A DNA stretch of 63,755 nucleotides, filler included, from Sphaeroforma arctica JP610 (lineage: Eukaryota): NCBI RefSeq assembly GCF_001186125.1. It is 5 parts of 3 records of this genome, joined end to end, with 100 filler letters (N's around TTAATTAATTAA, not from the genome) between each part and the next. Parts side by side here need not be neighbours in the genome. Positions count along the whole stretch, not along the records: positions 29,308 to 42,135 come from NW_014040550.1; positions 42,236 to 51,554 come from NW_014040549.1; positions 51,655 to 60,535 come from NW_014040549.1; 2 more parts are not named here. The stretch is one strand, 5' to 3'. Position numbers and translations under genes: made by a program. Shown here piece by piece: positions 41,341 through 51,698 of this stretch. How positions within the stretch are numbered: the stretch's first letter is position 1; every line of letters starts with the position of its first letter. Under the pieces are notes generated by a model. It saw only the letters and a list, made by a program, of their open reading frames with translations, did not search any database and had not been told where the DNA came from.

Positions 41341-41812
41341 TGCACGAGAGGAGACACACTCAAACGTTATTATTAATAAAGTAAACTTACATAGACTTTG
41401 AAACATGCACACACTACTTGCAAGAGATAGATAGGATAGTATTTTACTTCACATTACAATAGTCTTATATATCATGTATCATTCAAATAGATCAAGTACA
41501 ACGACTCCGGCAATACAGCACAATCGCAAGTAAGCTAGTATTATCAATACATATCTGCAACTCGATATTGTTGCGCATATACTTATGTGCGTACTTAATT
41601 TACACTAAGACTACACTACGAAAATATTCATGCATCCCAGTGATATGTTGGTGATGTGGTACAGTGTCCTTGATGCGACAAGAATACCACAGCACAACAC
41701 TATATATGCTTAGGCATGAAATAAAATTTTGAACATGACACATACGACGCACGAAGTCGTTACACAATGAGTGGTGGTTGTGTGTTGCAAGGATATCTAT
41801 ATGCTTAGAGTA

Positions 41813-42088
41813 CAGGCGAGCACCCTGTTGACTCTAACTCAGTGGCAAGCACCCCTGAGGACACGGCGCATTGAACTTTGTATGAACTCGGATATTAGCC
41901 GCAGCTTCGAGCGTGTTGCGTGGCACCCAGTCGACAGAATAGACTATGTCTGTTTATCTAGATGCTAAGAATACGGGCGAGTACCCCGTCTATACTTACT
42001 CAGAGGCGAGCAACCCTGAGGACACGGCGTATTGAACTTTGCGTGAGCACTACAGTCGGTGAGCAACCGCGGCTTCGAGCGTGTTACA
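41813..42088. repeat. Diverged ~160-bp tandem duplication
   Basis: ggcgag.accc.g...actcag.ggc.agca.ccctgaggacacggcg.attgaactttg...gcttcgagcgtgtt occurs twice. Confidence 0.8.
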
Positions 42089-42299
42089 TAGTCGCCCTGA
42101 GTGGTGTTGAGTTGGATAACATTATTGCGTAAAAGNNNNNNNNNNNNNNNNNNNNNNNNNNNNNNNNNNNNNNNNNNNNTTAATTAATTAANNNNNNNNN
42201 NNNNNNNNNNNNNNNNNNNNNNNNNNNNNNNNNNNGGGTACGATACATACATACATACATACACACATACATACATGCATATATACATAGCTACATACA

Positions 42300-42333
<34 letters not shown>

Positions 42334-42349
42334 CATACATGCATACATA

Positions 42350-42386
<37 letters not shown>

Positions 42387-43636
42387 CTCTCTCTCTCTCA
42401 AGGGCTATAATGTGTGTAACGCTTGTATAAAAGTCTGTGTTTACCAAAAATACAAACTCACGCAGGTTACATTAAACCACCTTGATGGATTTTGCGTTAT
42501 TAGACATGGTGGACAAACAGTGCCGTTTGAGGGTAGGCGGTGTAGGTAGTTTTTTACTTATTACAGTCAGCAGCAGCCTATTCATCCAGGAGTTTTAATC
42601 TTGTAGTTATACTGATCTTTTGAGGTAAGGTTGAAAACATGGGTGAACAATAATTGATATTTAAAATTTATTATATATACAGGGTACTCGTAATTGTTAT
42701 TAGACCTCAGTGATTATTAGAATGGGCAAGTTCGCGGTACGACAGACAGCGTTCTGGTCTGAAAGTATTTAAATACACGTTTATAATCGAAAGAATTTAC
42801 AATTTCACATTGGTTTCATCGCATATTTACTTCACCCTTCAACATGATGTCGATTGTCAGTGGACAAGACACACTGGAGTCGGAAATCACAATTTATTTA
42901 TTTATTATTTTGTTTACTGAATATTTATGTCAAATTCCAAAAGATTTCCTTGAAAAGTTCAACCAATCACATATTCGAATTCGAACAGAAATTGATAGTT
43001 TTGTGTTTCTTTATTGTGTTTTTAAAAAACAAACATTCCTTGTAATTTAAAAACAAAAATTAAATCCAAATATGTGTTTGTTTACGTCGTTTGTAATGTC
43101 AACCATGTTTACCTCCGATTTAAAACAATGTCGGTGTTGTAAGTACCGAACTGTTGGTTAATGCTCCTGGGCGTTATAGGAGTGCGAGAACTTCTAAGTG
43201 TGGGCGATAATTTATAAGTGTGAAAACTAATAAGTTCGAAAAGTTCTGTTGTATAGTGCGGTTTGTTGGCGAACGGCCGCGCAGGCTCGAAAGAAGAGGA
43301 GGTTGGTGTATGATTAGTGCTTTGCAAACCGAAGTGCGGGGTAATATGAGCTGGAGGTTGGCAGATGACGATATATGTTGAATTGACTTGTAGGCTCGAA
43401 GTTAAGGAGATACACTATATGATTGGCGGCAGGATTCTCAAGGAAATCCTTCGGAAACAGTATAAATACGTGGTTTAGTGCATTCATTCTGCTAAGATAG
43501 ACGTTTATTCAACAATCGAGGAAATAAAACTACGTTCACCGTTACATTGTGTTATAAGATTACAAATAAACGTTAGTGGAAAATTGTTTACGAGAAGGAT
43601 AATGCAGCTGGAACTGGGTAACAGCTCTGGAAATAT

Positions 43637-44893
43637 GTGAGAGGGGAGCCGATGACAATACTTATGGATCAATGGGATTACATCAGGGGTATCATGGCTT
43701 ATGAGCTCGAGGTGAAGAAAGGAGGGTCCCGCCCAGCGATGGCTCTTTTGAAGGAGGTTACACCGGAGACAAAGTCGGAACTAGAGGGCTATATCAGCAA
43801 GACTGTTATTGATATGAAGGATCTGTACATCGCGGCTGCAGCATTGTACCCAGCGTTTAAGGATCCTTTTGAAGTGAGCGGAACCCAGGCGGATTTCGCG
43901 AAGGCAATAGGAGGGTGGGGATCCAAGCCTGAAAGGGTTATTGCGCATCTTCGTGAGATTTATTACTATGGTGCTCGGCATGTTGCGGCAAAAGCTGAAG
44001 CGAAGAAAGTGCTCCCAGAACGGGATCCATTTACTGAGGTGCCTTCTGAGGACGAACAAGACGGAAGTGAGACTGAGGAGGAAGTCGCTAGGGACAATGA
44101 CAGCAGTGATAACAGTGAAAGTAGCGACAGTGAGGATGAGGATGCTAAGAAGAAGAATACAGTGCCTTCAGTTAAGGCAGCTACAGTAGGGAAGAAGGCT
44201 GATGCATCAGACAAGCCAGGGATAGTAGCTAAGTTGAAGATAGAGGCTAAGCGGAAATGGCGTGAGTATGATGCTTTGTGCAAGGTATTTCGTAGGAATG
44301 CTAAGAAAGCGAATCAGCACGGGGCACCCTGGATGGTTCCTATGCTGAGGAATGATGACTATGTGGATATACTGCTTAAATTGGCAAACGATGTGAGTTC
44401 TAAGAATGTAGTGATGGAGGGCTTAAAAGGGTTGGCTGAGCGGAGTATAAGTCTGCTGAAAGCCTTGTTTGCGAGTCGCAAATTGGAGAAGAACATGGTC
44501 CTGAGGATGTTTGAGGCAGGAGGGTTGGGCCAGGTGCTGGAGCAGTTGTCTGCGATGAGAGAAGATGACATAGCGCATCATGAAGAGAGAGAACATGCGG
44601 GCCGGAGACATCAGGCGAAAGTAGCCGCGAGAGCAGGTCAGTTGCAAGCAGCTGCAGCTAGACAGGAGTCTAGGGTTTCAGGGATGACAGGTCTGAGAGG
44701 GGCGTGCTTGTTTTGCAAGCAGGATGGTCACTATGTGAAAGAGTGTCCTGTGTTGAAAGACGTGGTGTATCATACGTGTAGCAAGAGAGATCATACTGCG
44801 AGATTCTGTCCTACAACACGATCCGGGAGCAATGTAGTGGCAGCAGCGTCTGGGGAGGTGCATATGAGTGCAGATAGGACACTTAAATTGTGA
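43637..44893 (+). CDS. gag: Gypsy Gag-like protein
   Basis: 418-aa ORF with CLFCKQDGHYVKEC plus a degenerate second knuckle YHTCSKRDHTARFC, upstream of pol. Confidence 0.8.
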   Translation: MRGEPMTILMDQWDYIRGIMAYELEVKKGGSRPAMALLKEVTPETKSELEGYISKTVIDMKDLYIAAAALYPAFKDPFEVSGTQADFAKAIGGWGSKPERVIAHLREIYYYGARHVAAKAEAKKVLPERDPFTEVPSEDEQDGSETEEEVARDNDSSDNSESSDSEDEDAKKKNTVPSVKAATVGKKADASDKPGIVAKLKIEAKRKWREYDALCKVFRRNAKKANQHGAPWMVPMLRNDDYVDILLKLANDVSSKNVVMEGLKGLAERSISLLKALFASRKLEKNMVLRMFEAGGLGQVLEQLSAMREDDIAHHEEREHAGRRHQAKVAARAGQLQAAAARQESRVSGMTGLRGACLFCKQDGHYVKECPVLKDVVYHTCSKRDHTARFCPTTRSGSNVVAAASGEVHMSADRTLKL

Positions 44894-45548
44894 CATGCAG
44901 CGGCAACTAGTTATGAAGGATCAGGCCAACCTTTGATCTATAGTTATGTGGAGAGTGAACTGTGTTATGTCGATATGTTTGTTGATTTCTAAGAGTTTGG
45001 CAAAGCGTCTGGGGCTGGTCGCTCAGTATGATTAGTGTGGAGAGTGGCTTACGGGATTCAGTGCTTTACTTTATGTGGAATACAAGGTACGAGATGTTGA
45101 GGTTGTTTTGCCTACTTTAGTAGGAGAGAGAAGGGTTAAGTTGGATATGTGGACTGTGAATTGGATTCCACACAATGCAGGTATGTTGTTAGGCAGACGT
45201 GAATTGAAAGGGTATGGATTACCTGGGGCAGTGCTCACTAGGCAAGGGGTGACTAACTACCCTTTTTCCGGTTGAGGTGGTAAGAGAGAAGCCATCAGAC
45301 TTTAAGACCTGGCTGAGCAAAGAGACGTCTGAGCCGGTGTTAGATTATGTTCAGCATGTGGCAGCGCCGTTATTATACCAGCGATCAGAACAGGTAACAC
45401 CATTTGATAGTATGCAAGATGATGGGGGTTAGGATTCAGGTTATGAGAGTGATGAATCCAGGGGTGAGGACGATTATCTAGTGTTCGATACGAGTGGCTT
45501 GGAACTGTTGGTTGAGGAACTGGGGAAGTCTATAGAAGAATTGGCAGA

Positions 45549-47039
45549 GTGGCGTATAATGACAAGAAACCAAAGGTTGTGAAGGATAGGATGCTTAAGC
45601 TTCAAATCAAAGAAGGAGGGACGACTTTGAGACAAGTATATGCGAAGAGAGATGTGCGATTTATAGAAGTGATGAAGAAGAAGGTGCAACTATTGCTTGA
45701 AGCTGAGTTGCTAGAGAGGGTACAATATACGGATTGGCCTACAGTGCTGAAACTTGTGTCTAGAGTGCCGGGTAGTAATCCCAGTTATGAGGAACCCAAG
45801 CCGATACCAACAGAAGATGAGTTTCTGGCAACGGTTAAGGGGCGCAAGTGGAGAACCAATGTGGACGCTGGAAATGGTTTTTGGCAGTTAGTGATAGAGC
45901 CTGGTAGTCGAGGGGTTACTGCGTTTTTGATGCCCTGGGGAGAGAGGTTCCAATTTATTGGGATGCCGTTTGATTTGAATGAAGCATCATTTGTGTTCCA
46001 ACAACTAATGGATGAGACATTGGAGGGTATTAAAGAAATTAAGACGTACATTGATGATACCGCGTTAGGCTCGGACGATCCAGCTGTGCATTGGGATGAT
46101 ATTGTGGAGATGATCAGGCGCTTTGAGGTGAAAGGGATACAGTTGCGACTGTCAAAATGTAATTTCGCGTATCGAGAAGATTCTATAGTCGTGATGGGTC
46201 GAGAGGTTACAGATAAGGGTTCGATAATAAGTGAAGTGAAGCTTCAGGCATTATTAGATATGCCCAGGCCCAAAACTAAGGCCGAAGTCAGGTCGTGGTA
46301 TCAGTGTTTTGGATGGTGGGCGAGATACGTTCCGAATTTCTCAAATGTGTTGGCTCCGATTAGTGATTTGACTAAGGAGAAGGTATGGTTCCAGTGGGAT
46401 CCTGCGCGGGAGAAGGCTTTTCAGTCGGCTCGGAAGATTTCGCAGGCGAAGACAGTCTTGGTAGAACCTAGACAAGAGAAGCAACTTAGGTTGCAGACAG
46501 ATGCGTCGGATTCGGGTATAGGTGCTTGTTTATGTGTGAGAAGAGATAGAGAATGGCTTCCGGTGGGCTTTGTGAGTTCCAAGACAGATTTCCATGCTAA
46601 TCTGTCTCCGACAGATAGAGAATTGATAGCGCTAGCATATGGGGTTTTGAAGTTCGCGGGTTTGATTAGGAGGTCGTACGAGGTGTTTGTAGTAGAGATG
46701 AATCGTCAGCCTTTAATTGGTGTGGTTCAGCAGGCAGAGTTCACGTCGGATTCAGTGGGTAAGAGACGGTACAGGAATGTTATGTATGTGCGATCGTTTG
46801 ATCTGGATTTGCGGTACCAAGAAGGGCCAAAGAACAAAGTTGCGGATGGACTTAGTCGTATGCCGTGGTGGTTTGATCCTATTATGGTGCCTGTGTTGGT
46901 AGAGGGTGCTAAGTTCGCTGCATGTGTAAAAATGGGTCTGCCAGAGATTGATGAAGGTGTGGATTTGTCATTTGATAAAGCCTGCAAGAGTGTGGAAGAC
47001 ATGAAGGTCCGGTTGGCGGCGGTTAAAGAAAAGGCGTAG
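45549..47039 (+). pseudogene. pol: Gypsy Pol RT-RNase H segment (interrupted by stops on both sides)
   Basis: 496-aa open segment with YIDD and TDAS. Flanking protease and integrase regions contain stops and frameshifts. Confidence 0.9.
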
Positions 47040-47656
47040 ACTTCAAGGTTCGTGTGGATATATTGCTTCAGCAGGTTACTGCAGTGATGGAGAGAGGCAT
47101 TACAAAGATGTGGGATCCGGATGTAATGGCGAACAGCTTAAGTGTATTGGTCTAAGAGTATGATCAGAACTTGTTCAGCCTTTGCAAGAGTACGTTGTTA
47201 CGTTGGTGCATCAGACTTTAGCGCATGCTGGGGTAGATAGGACATGGGAGTTCCTGAAGGATAAGTATGGAGATGAAGTGTTGCGTTCGCAGGTTGTAAT
47301 ANNNNNNNNNNNNNNNNNNNNATAGTTTGATCAAGCTCTCGTGTCTAATACGTGTACATGTGTTCTAAACTGGAAGACTCTGGCGCAGTATTGAAGCTTC
47401 TCGGCGAAGTGGAGAAGAAAATGCGTCAAGGTGATCATATGACAATTCCGATCGTGCGGTATGGATTGGGAAACCTTATGCCTGGACATTGTTCGTTCGC
47501 GGATTGGAGTCAGAGGCAGCACAAAGAAAATCTATAAATCAGTATAAACCGTTTCTGGTTGTCGTGTCTTCACTGAATGTGGATGCACGATTCCAGAATC
47601 TGAAATAAAATGGCGTTAAAAAGAAATACAGGATGGAAAGGGTGGTTGCGGGTGGG

Positions 47657-47878
47657 AATAGAAAGAAATACAGGATGAGGGATAGTGAACATCCTCGTTC
47701 TTAAATATACACAACTTAGAAAAGTTGTGTATGTTCAAGGACTGGAGTAGGATAGTGCCACAGCATGAAATAAGTTAGTGCTGTTGCGTCATAACAGTAG
47801 TTATGACGTTACAGTGTAAATTCTTATGATGTTGCTCTAATCTACTCCCAGTCCCAAATTACTATTGAAAGGAGAATC
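47657..47878. repeat. Direct terminal repeat copy (matches 51315-51545), hairpin-rich
   Basis: aatagaaagaaatacaggatgagg...ggactggagtaggatagtgccacagcat...tctactcccagtccc...ggagaatc is present at both ends of the element. Confidence 0.92.
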
Positions 47879-50800
47879 CTTCTATAATAGTATTTGCTTC
47901 GATCACTACTGGAAGTCCACGCCGTTTACATCGAAGGCTCTCCTTTCAAACATGCATTGAAACGGCGGTCGGCATCATTGGGGGTCGTTACTGAGTGGTA
48001 GGACGACAGCGAGGTCTGATCGATGTTCATGATAGCGCTTATGATGTTGTCCGCTAGATGCCGACTGAATAAACTTTGGGCTAGCCCCCTGCGGGAGGCA
48101 TGCCTTGGGCGTATTGATCTGCTACTGTGCGTGCTAAACCTGCACGCACAAACTGTCCTCGCACTGGTGCGATGCTCTCCGAGTTGTCCAAGGCGTTAAG
48201 GACCATAGCTGGGCTTGGTGGGACACTACAGGTGTCCACAGCATCGGTTAAGTGTGCGTGGAGGAAGTAGATGGTCAGCTGGTCGGCCGGACGGAAAATG
48301 ACCTTGGACTTATGGAAACGTTCCCCCCTCTTCTTCTTTTTGATGTTCGCAATCAGCACGCGGTTGGCTGGCTCGAAGATGAAGGAGTCTGGACCTAGTG
48401 TCTTGTTGGTGGCCCGTCATTCCCGAGCCAGAACGGGACATGTAGTACACGCCAACGTGTATCCACATCATCTGCTTGCAGTAGCTGCAGGATACAAAGG
48501 GCGATGATCTTGGGTTGGTCCGGATCGCGCGTGCCGTACAGCTCATTCCATAGTCGCACATACCCCTAGATAGCGTGGCGCCAGGCAGGTGGAAGTATCT
48601 CGGTGAGACCATTGAATCGGTAATAGTTGCTGGCTGCCGCACGGATCTTCTCCACTTGGTCGAGGGACACTTCCTGACGGTAACAGTAGAAGAGAAAGGA
48701 CCTAAGCTGGTCGAGCAAAGGCACGCCAGTAAGTCAGAGCAAAGACGTAGTTGCGCTGCGTGCCGAAGGCTATTCCACCATTGTGAAGTAGCCCCCATAT
48801 ACGTGACGAGGGAGTCTTGGTACTCAACCGTTGCCGAAGAGATTGTAGAGAACTGTAGCATAGAATCTTGTTGGAGGTACCGCCATGCTCAGCACTTTTG
48901 CGACCGATGCTGGGTAGTAGACGACGCTAGCCTCCAGGATCTCTATGTTCTTACTTTTCCGTACTATGAGAGGCCACCAAATAGCTTTGGTTCACACTGG
49001 TACTATGATGACCACCCGCTGTAGGCGGCGGCCGAGATGTTTCAGGATAGGCCCTAACACCGTCTCAGGGGGGGGTATAATTCTGGCACTGGTCCCACAT
49101 GTCGTAAAAGAGGTTCGCAAAGGTCAAGTGGCCCTGGTGACTTCTCCCCAAGTAGTAATTTTCGGGATACGATCGCTCCGAGGGGTTCGGAGAGATCAAT
49201 CTTCTACTTGCTGAAGAGTCGAAGCACCGTCTCGGACCGGACTGTCCAGTGGTACTGGAGGAGCCTCCCCAATCTTGAAAGGTCGTCCATGGCGAGGTTG
49301 AGCATTCCTGGTAGGTGTCCCAGGGATATTGGCCACAGGACATTGTTCTGGCGACAGAACCAACCCAGACGCCTTTACTGCGGGTTTATTCGTTTGGACT
49401 GGCTGCGGCGCTTCCTCAGCGCGTGTAACTAAGTACTGCAGCCGGTGAGCCAAAACAGAGGAATTGAGCCTACGTTCTGCGTTTTGTGATAAATCGAAAG
49501 CTAAAACGAGAGCCTTTAACTCAAGGACTGCGATGGGCCACCTCTGTACCGTACGGCACCAGAGACCCGCGAAACTTGTCGTGGTCTTCTACCAGTACAG
49601 TGTCGCTCTGCACCCTATCTTTGAGGAGTCCGAGGTTAGTGCTGCTCTATGTAACGGCAGCCAAATAGATCGCGACAGGAAGATGGTCATCAGTTGGCTG
49701 ATTCGTTCTATCTAAACGTGGCCCCCGAGAGCCAATGTGGCGGGTCCTCGTCCATGAGGTCGATTGCTGAACGTCGGCGATGAATGGACATAGTCCCAAG
49801 ATTGAGAATCCTCCCCACAGTAGGCAGCCGCAAAAAGATTGCCACAGTTGTGTTTGACCCTACGCTGGTTGCGTAGGCCCAGGGAGGAGATCAGCTTGGA
49901 TTTCTGGAGTAGTTTGGCTTTGAACTCCGGAGTCATTTCGATGATGTTGAGCACCAGTTCTCCCAAGTGCTGTAATCGCGTCACTGGTAACTCCCAGTAG
50001 CCTTTGCCGGGAGCCAACTCTAATCCCAGTTCGTTCAGAAACTGTCGATGTATCACTTCTGCTTCATGATGGTGCGTGGGCGACCTTATAGCAGGAGGTC
50101 GTCTACGTACAGTATTATTCGGATCCCTCTTCCTCTCGTTAATCGGCGAAACACACCCATCAGGAGGTGGAACTATGCTGATGAGAATGCGGCCCCCATG
50201 AGGAGGGCCAGGAAGCACTAACGTTGGCCCTGGTGATCCCGAAACTGCCATAGTTTGGGATTGGCCACAGCCAACTGTCGGGAGCACTTGCCGTCCGGCT
50301 TGAGGGTCGTAAATGCTGAGTGGACCAGGTATTACTCCTGTTCCTCGCAGCGGCGAATGACCCCTGAGTCCTTCAGCCTCTCTAGCTCCGTGGCCGTCAT
50401 TTCTTCGGTCACGTCCGTGTTGTTGATCCAGCGATCCCTGTTGAATGGCTTGGGGGACCCCAGGCCGGACACACCCCGTACTTGATGGCCTGCAGGACCT
50501 CCTAAGAGGCCCCGTAAGTTTGCCATGTTGGTTGTGCTTTCCAACCTCTGAGATATAGTGGTGTCTTAGGTGGTTTATTCTTCTTTAATATTGTACTTTC
50601 CTTTGGTGAGAGTCAGTTCGTGTTATTTCTTCTTTGTTGCCTTGACAAATTTGGAGACGGTGGCAGAGTTGTTGTAGGTCGGACGGACCTGCTGTTCCAC
50701 TAGGGCGGCAAATGCAGAGCTCTCCTTCAAACGTAGTTACTTAAGTTGCACGGTATGTTCGAGGTCTTCGATCAGCTCGCAGATCACTCCACGATAGGCT

Positions 50801-51314
50801 TGCTCTCGGTGGTTGCAAGCGGAAAGACCACCGAGATCGATCTGTTTTAATGAGTAGGCTAGATAGTTTAGCCAGGTTAAGATATTAACAAGTTCCTTTA
50901 CGACCACTGGTTTCTGAGTGCTGGACCAGGAGGGGCAGCTTATAAGAGATCGAGAGAGTCCTTCCGGGAATTCAACGTCCTGTATACCAATGAGGTTTGC
51001 TATCTCCTTTGGTTATCCAGAACTCCACTCGCCGATGGCTTCGGCAACGCAGGGTTGTACTGTTGCTAGGTGTTGAGCAGTGGAGACTCCGGTGATGTGA
51101 GTCCGGAGTCCGTAGAGAGAGTCGTTACCAGTACCAAAGGAGTCCTCGATTTCAGTACGGATCTGTAAGGCCCTCAGTCGGGCACGATAGAGTTCGTGTA
51201 ATTGACGTAGTTTTGCTTGTTGTTCGTCGACGTTCATCGCGATTGCAATGGCAGAGGTAGTATGATTGGATGGATAGCCTCGCTACGACATAGGTTGAAG
51301 GAAGTATTTTTATC

Positions 51315-51545
51315 AATAGAAAGAGATACAGGATGAGGAAATAGTGAACACTATCCTCGTCTCCTTGAATATACACAACAACTTATAAAAGTTGAGTGTA
51401 TTCAAGGACTGGAGTAGGATAGTGCCACAGCATAAAATAATTTAGTGCTATTGCATCATAGAAGTAGTTATGATGCAACAGTACAAAATTATATGATGTT
51501 GCTCTAATCTACTCCCAGTCCCACAATACTATTGGAAGGAGAATC
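51315..51545. repeat. Direct terminal repeat copy (matches 47657-47878), hairpin-rich
   Basis: Same sequence with scattered substitutions and indels; it abuts an assembly linker. Confidence 0.92.
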
Positions 51546-51698
51546 ATTATATATNNNNNNNNNNNNNNNNNNNNNNNNNNNNNNNNNNNNNNNNNNNNTT
51601 AATTAATTAANNNNNNNNNNNNNNNNNNNNNNNNNNNNNNNNNNNNNNNNNNNNATTGTATCGCGCACATACAGTTATCACACTCACTCAGCACATAC

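Larger units (their letters stand above)
43092..47300 (+). mobile_element. Decayed Ty3/Gypsy LTR retrotransposon (gag-PR-RT-RH-partial IN), 3' truncated
   Basis: Gag with a CCHC knuckle, then a stop-ridden protease region (~44900-45300), RT (VDAGNGFWQL, MPF, YIDD at 46047), RNase H (LQTDASDSGIG, RELIAL, NKVADGLSR), then an integrase start (AHAGVDRT ~47220). A possible 5' LTR lies at 43092-43546 (TGTAA..TTACA, TATAAATA 43461, AATAAA ~43524); it is tentative. Confidence 0.88.
47657..51545 (-). mobile_element. Decayed PAT/DIRS-type tyrosine-recombinase retrotransposon with direct terminal repeats
   Basis: Minus-strand order: gag-like (~51237-50600); RT (AFTTLKPDGK, IILYVDDLLL 50098-50109, LNELGLELAPGK..LQHLG); RNase H (TSDSSKIG, IAVLELKAL); methyltransferase-like (IIPPPE..IIVPV*TKAIWWPL ~48985-49085); YR (RAT ~48412, KKKK, HASRRG 48085-48102, Y 47998). 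Many frameshifts. Confidence 0.85.

Noticed and set aside
43547..43560. Primer-binding site after the putative Gypsy LTR
   Set aside because: ttgtgttataag lacks the TGG start and needs several mismatches to fit any tRNA 3' end I can recall.
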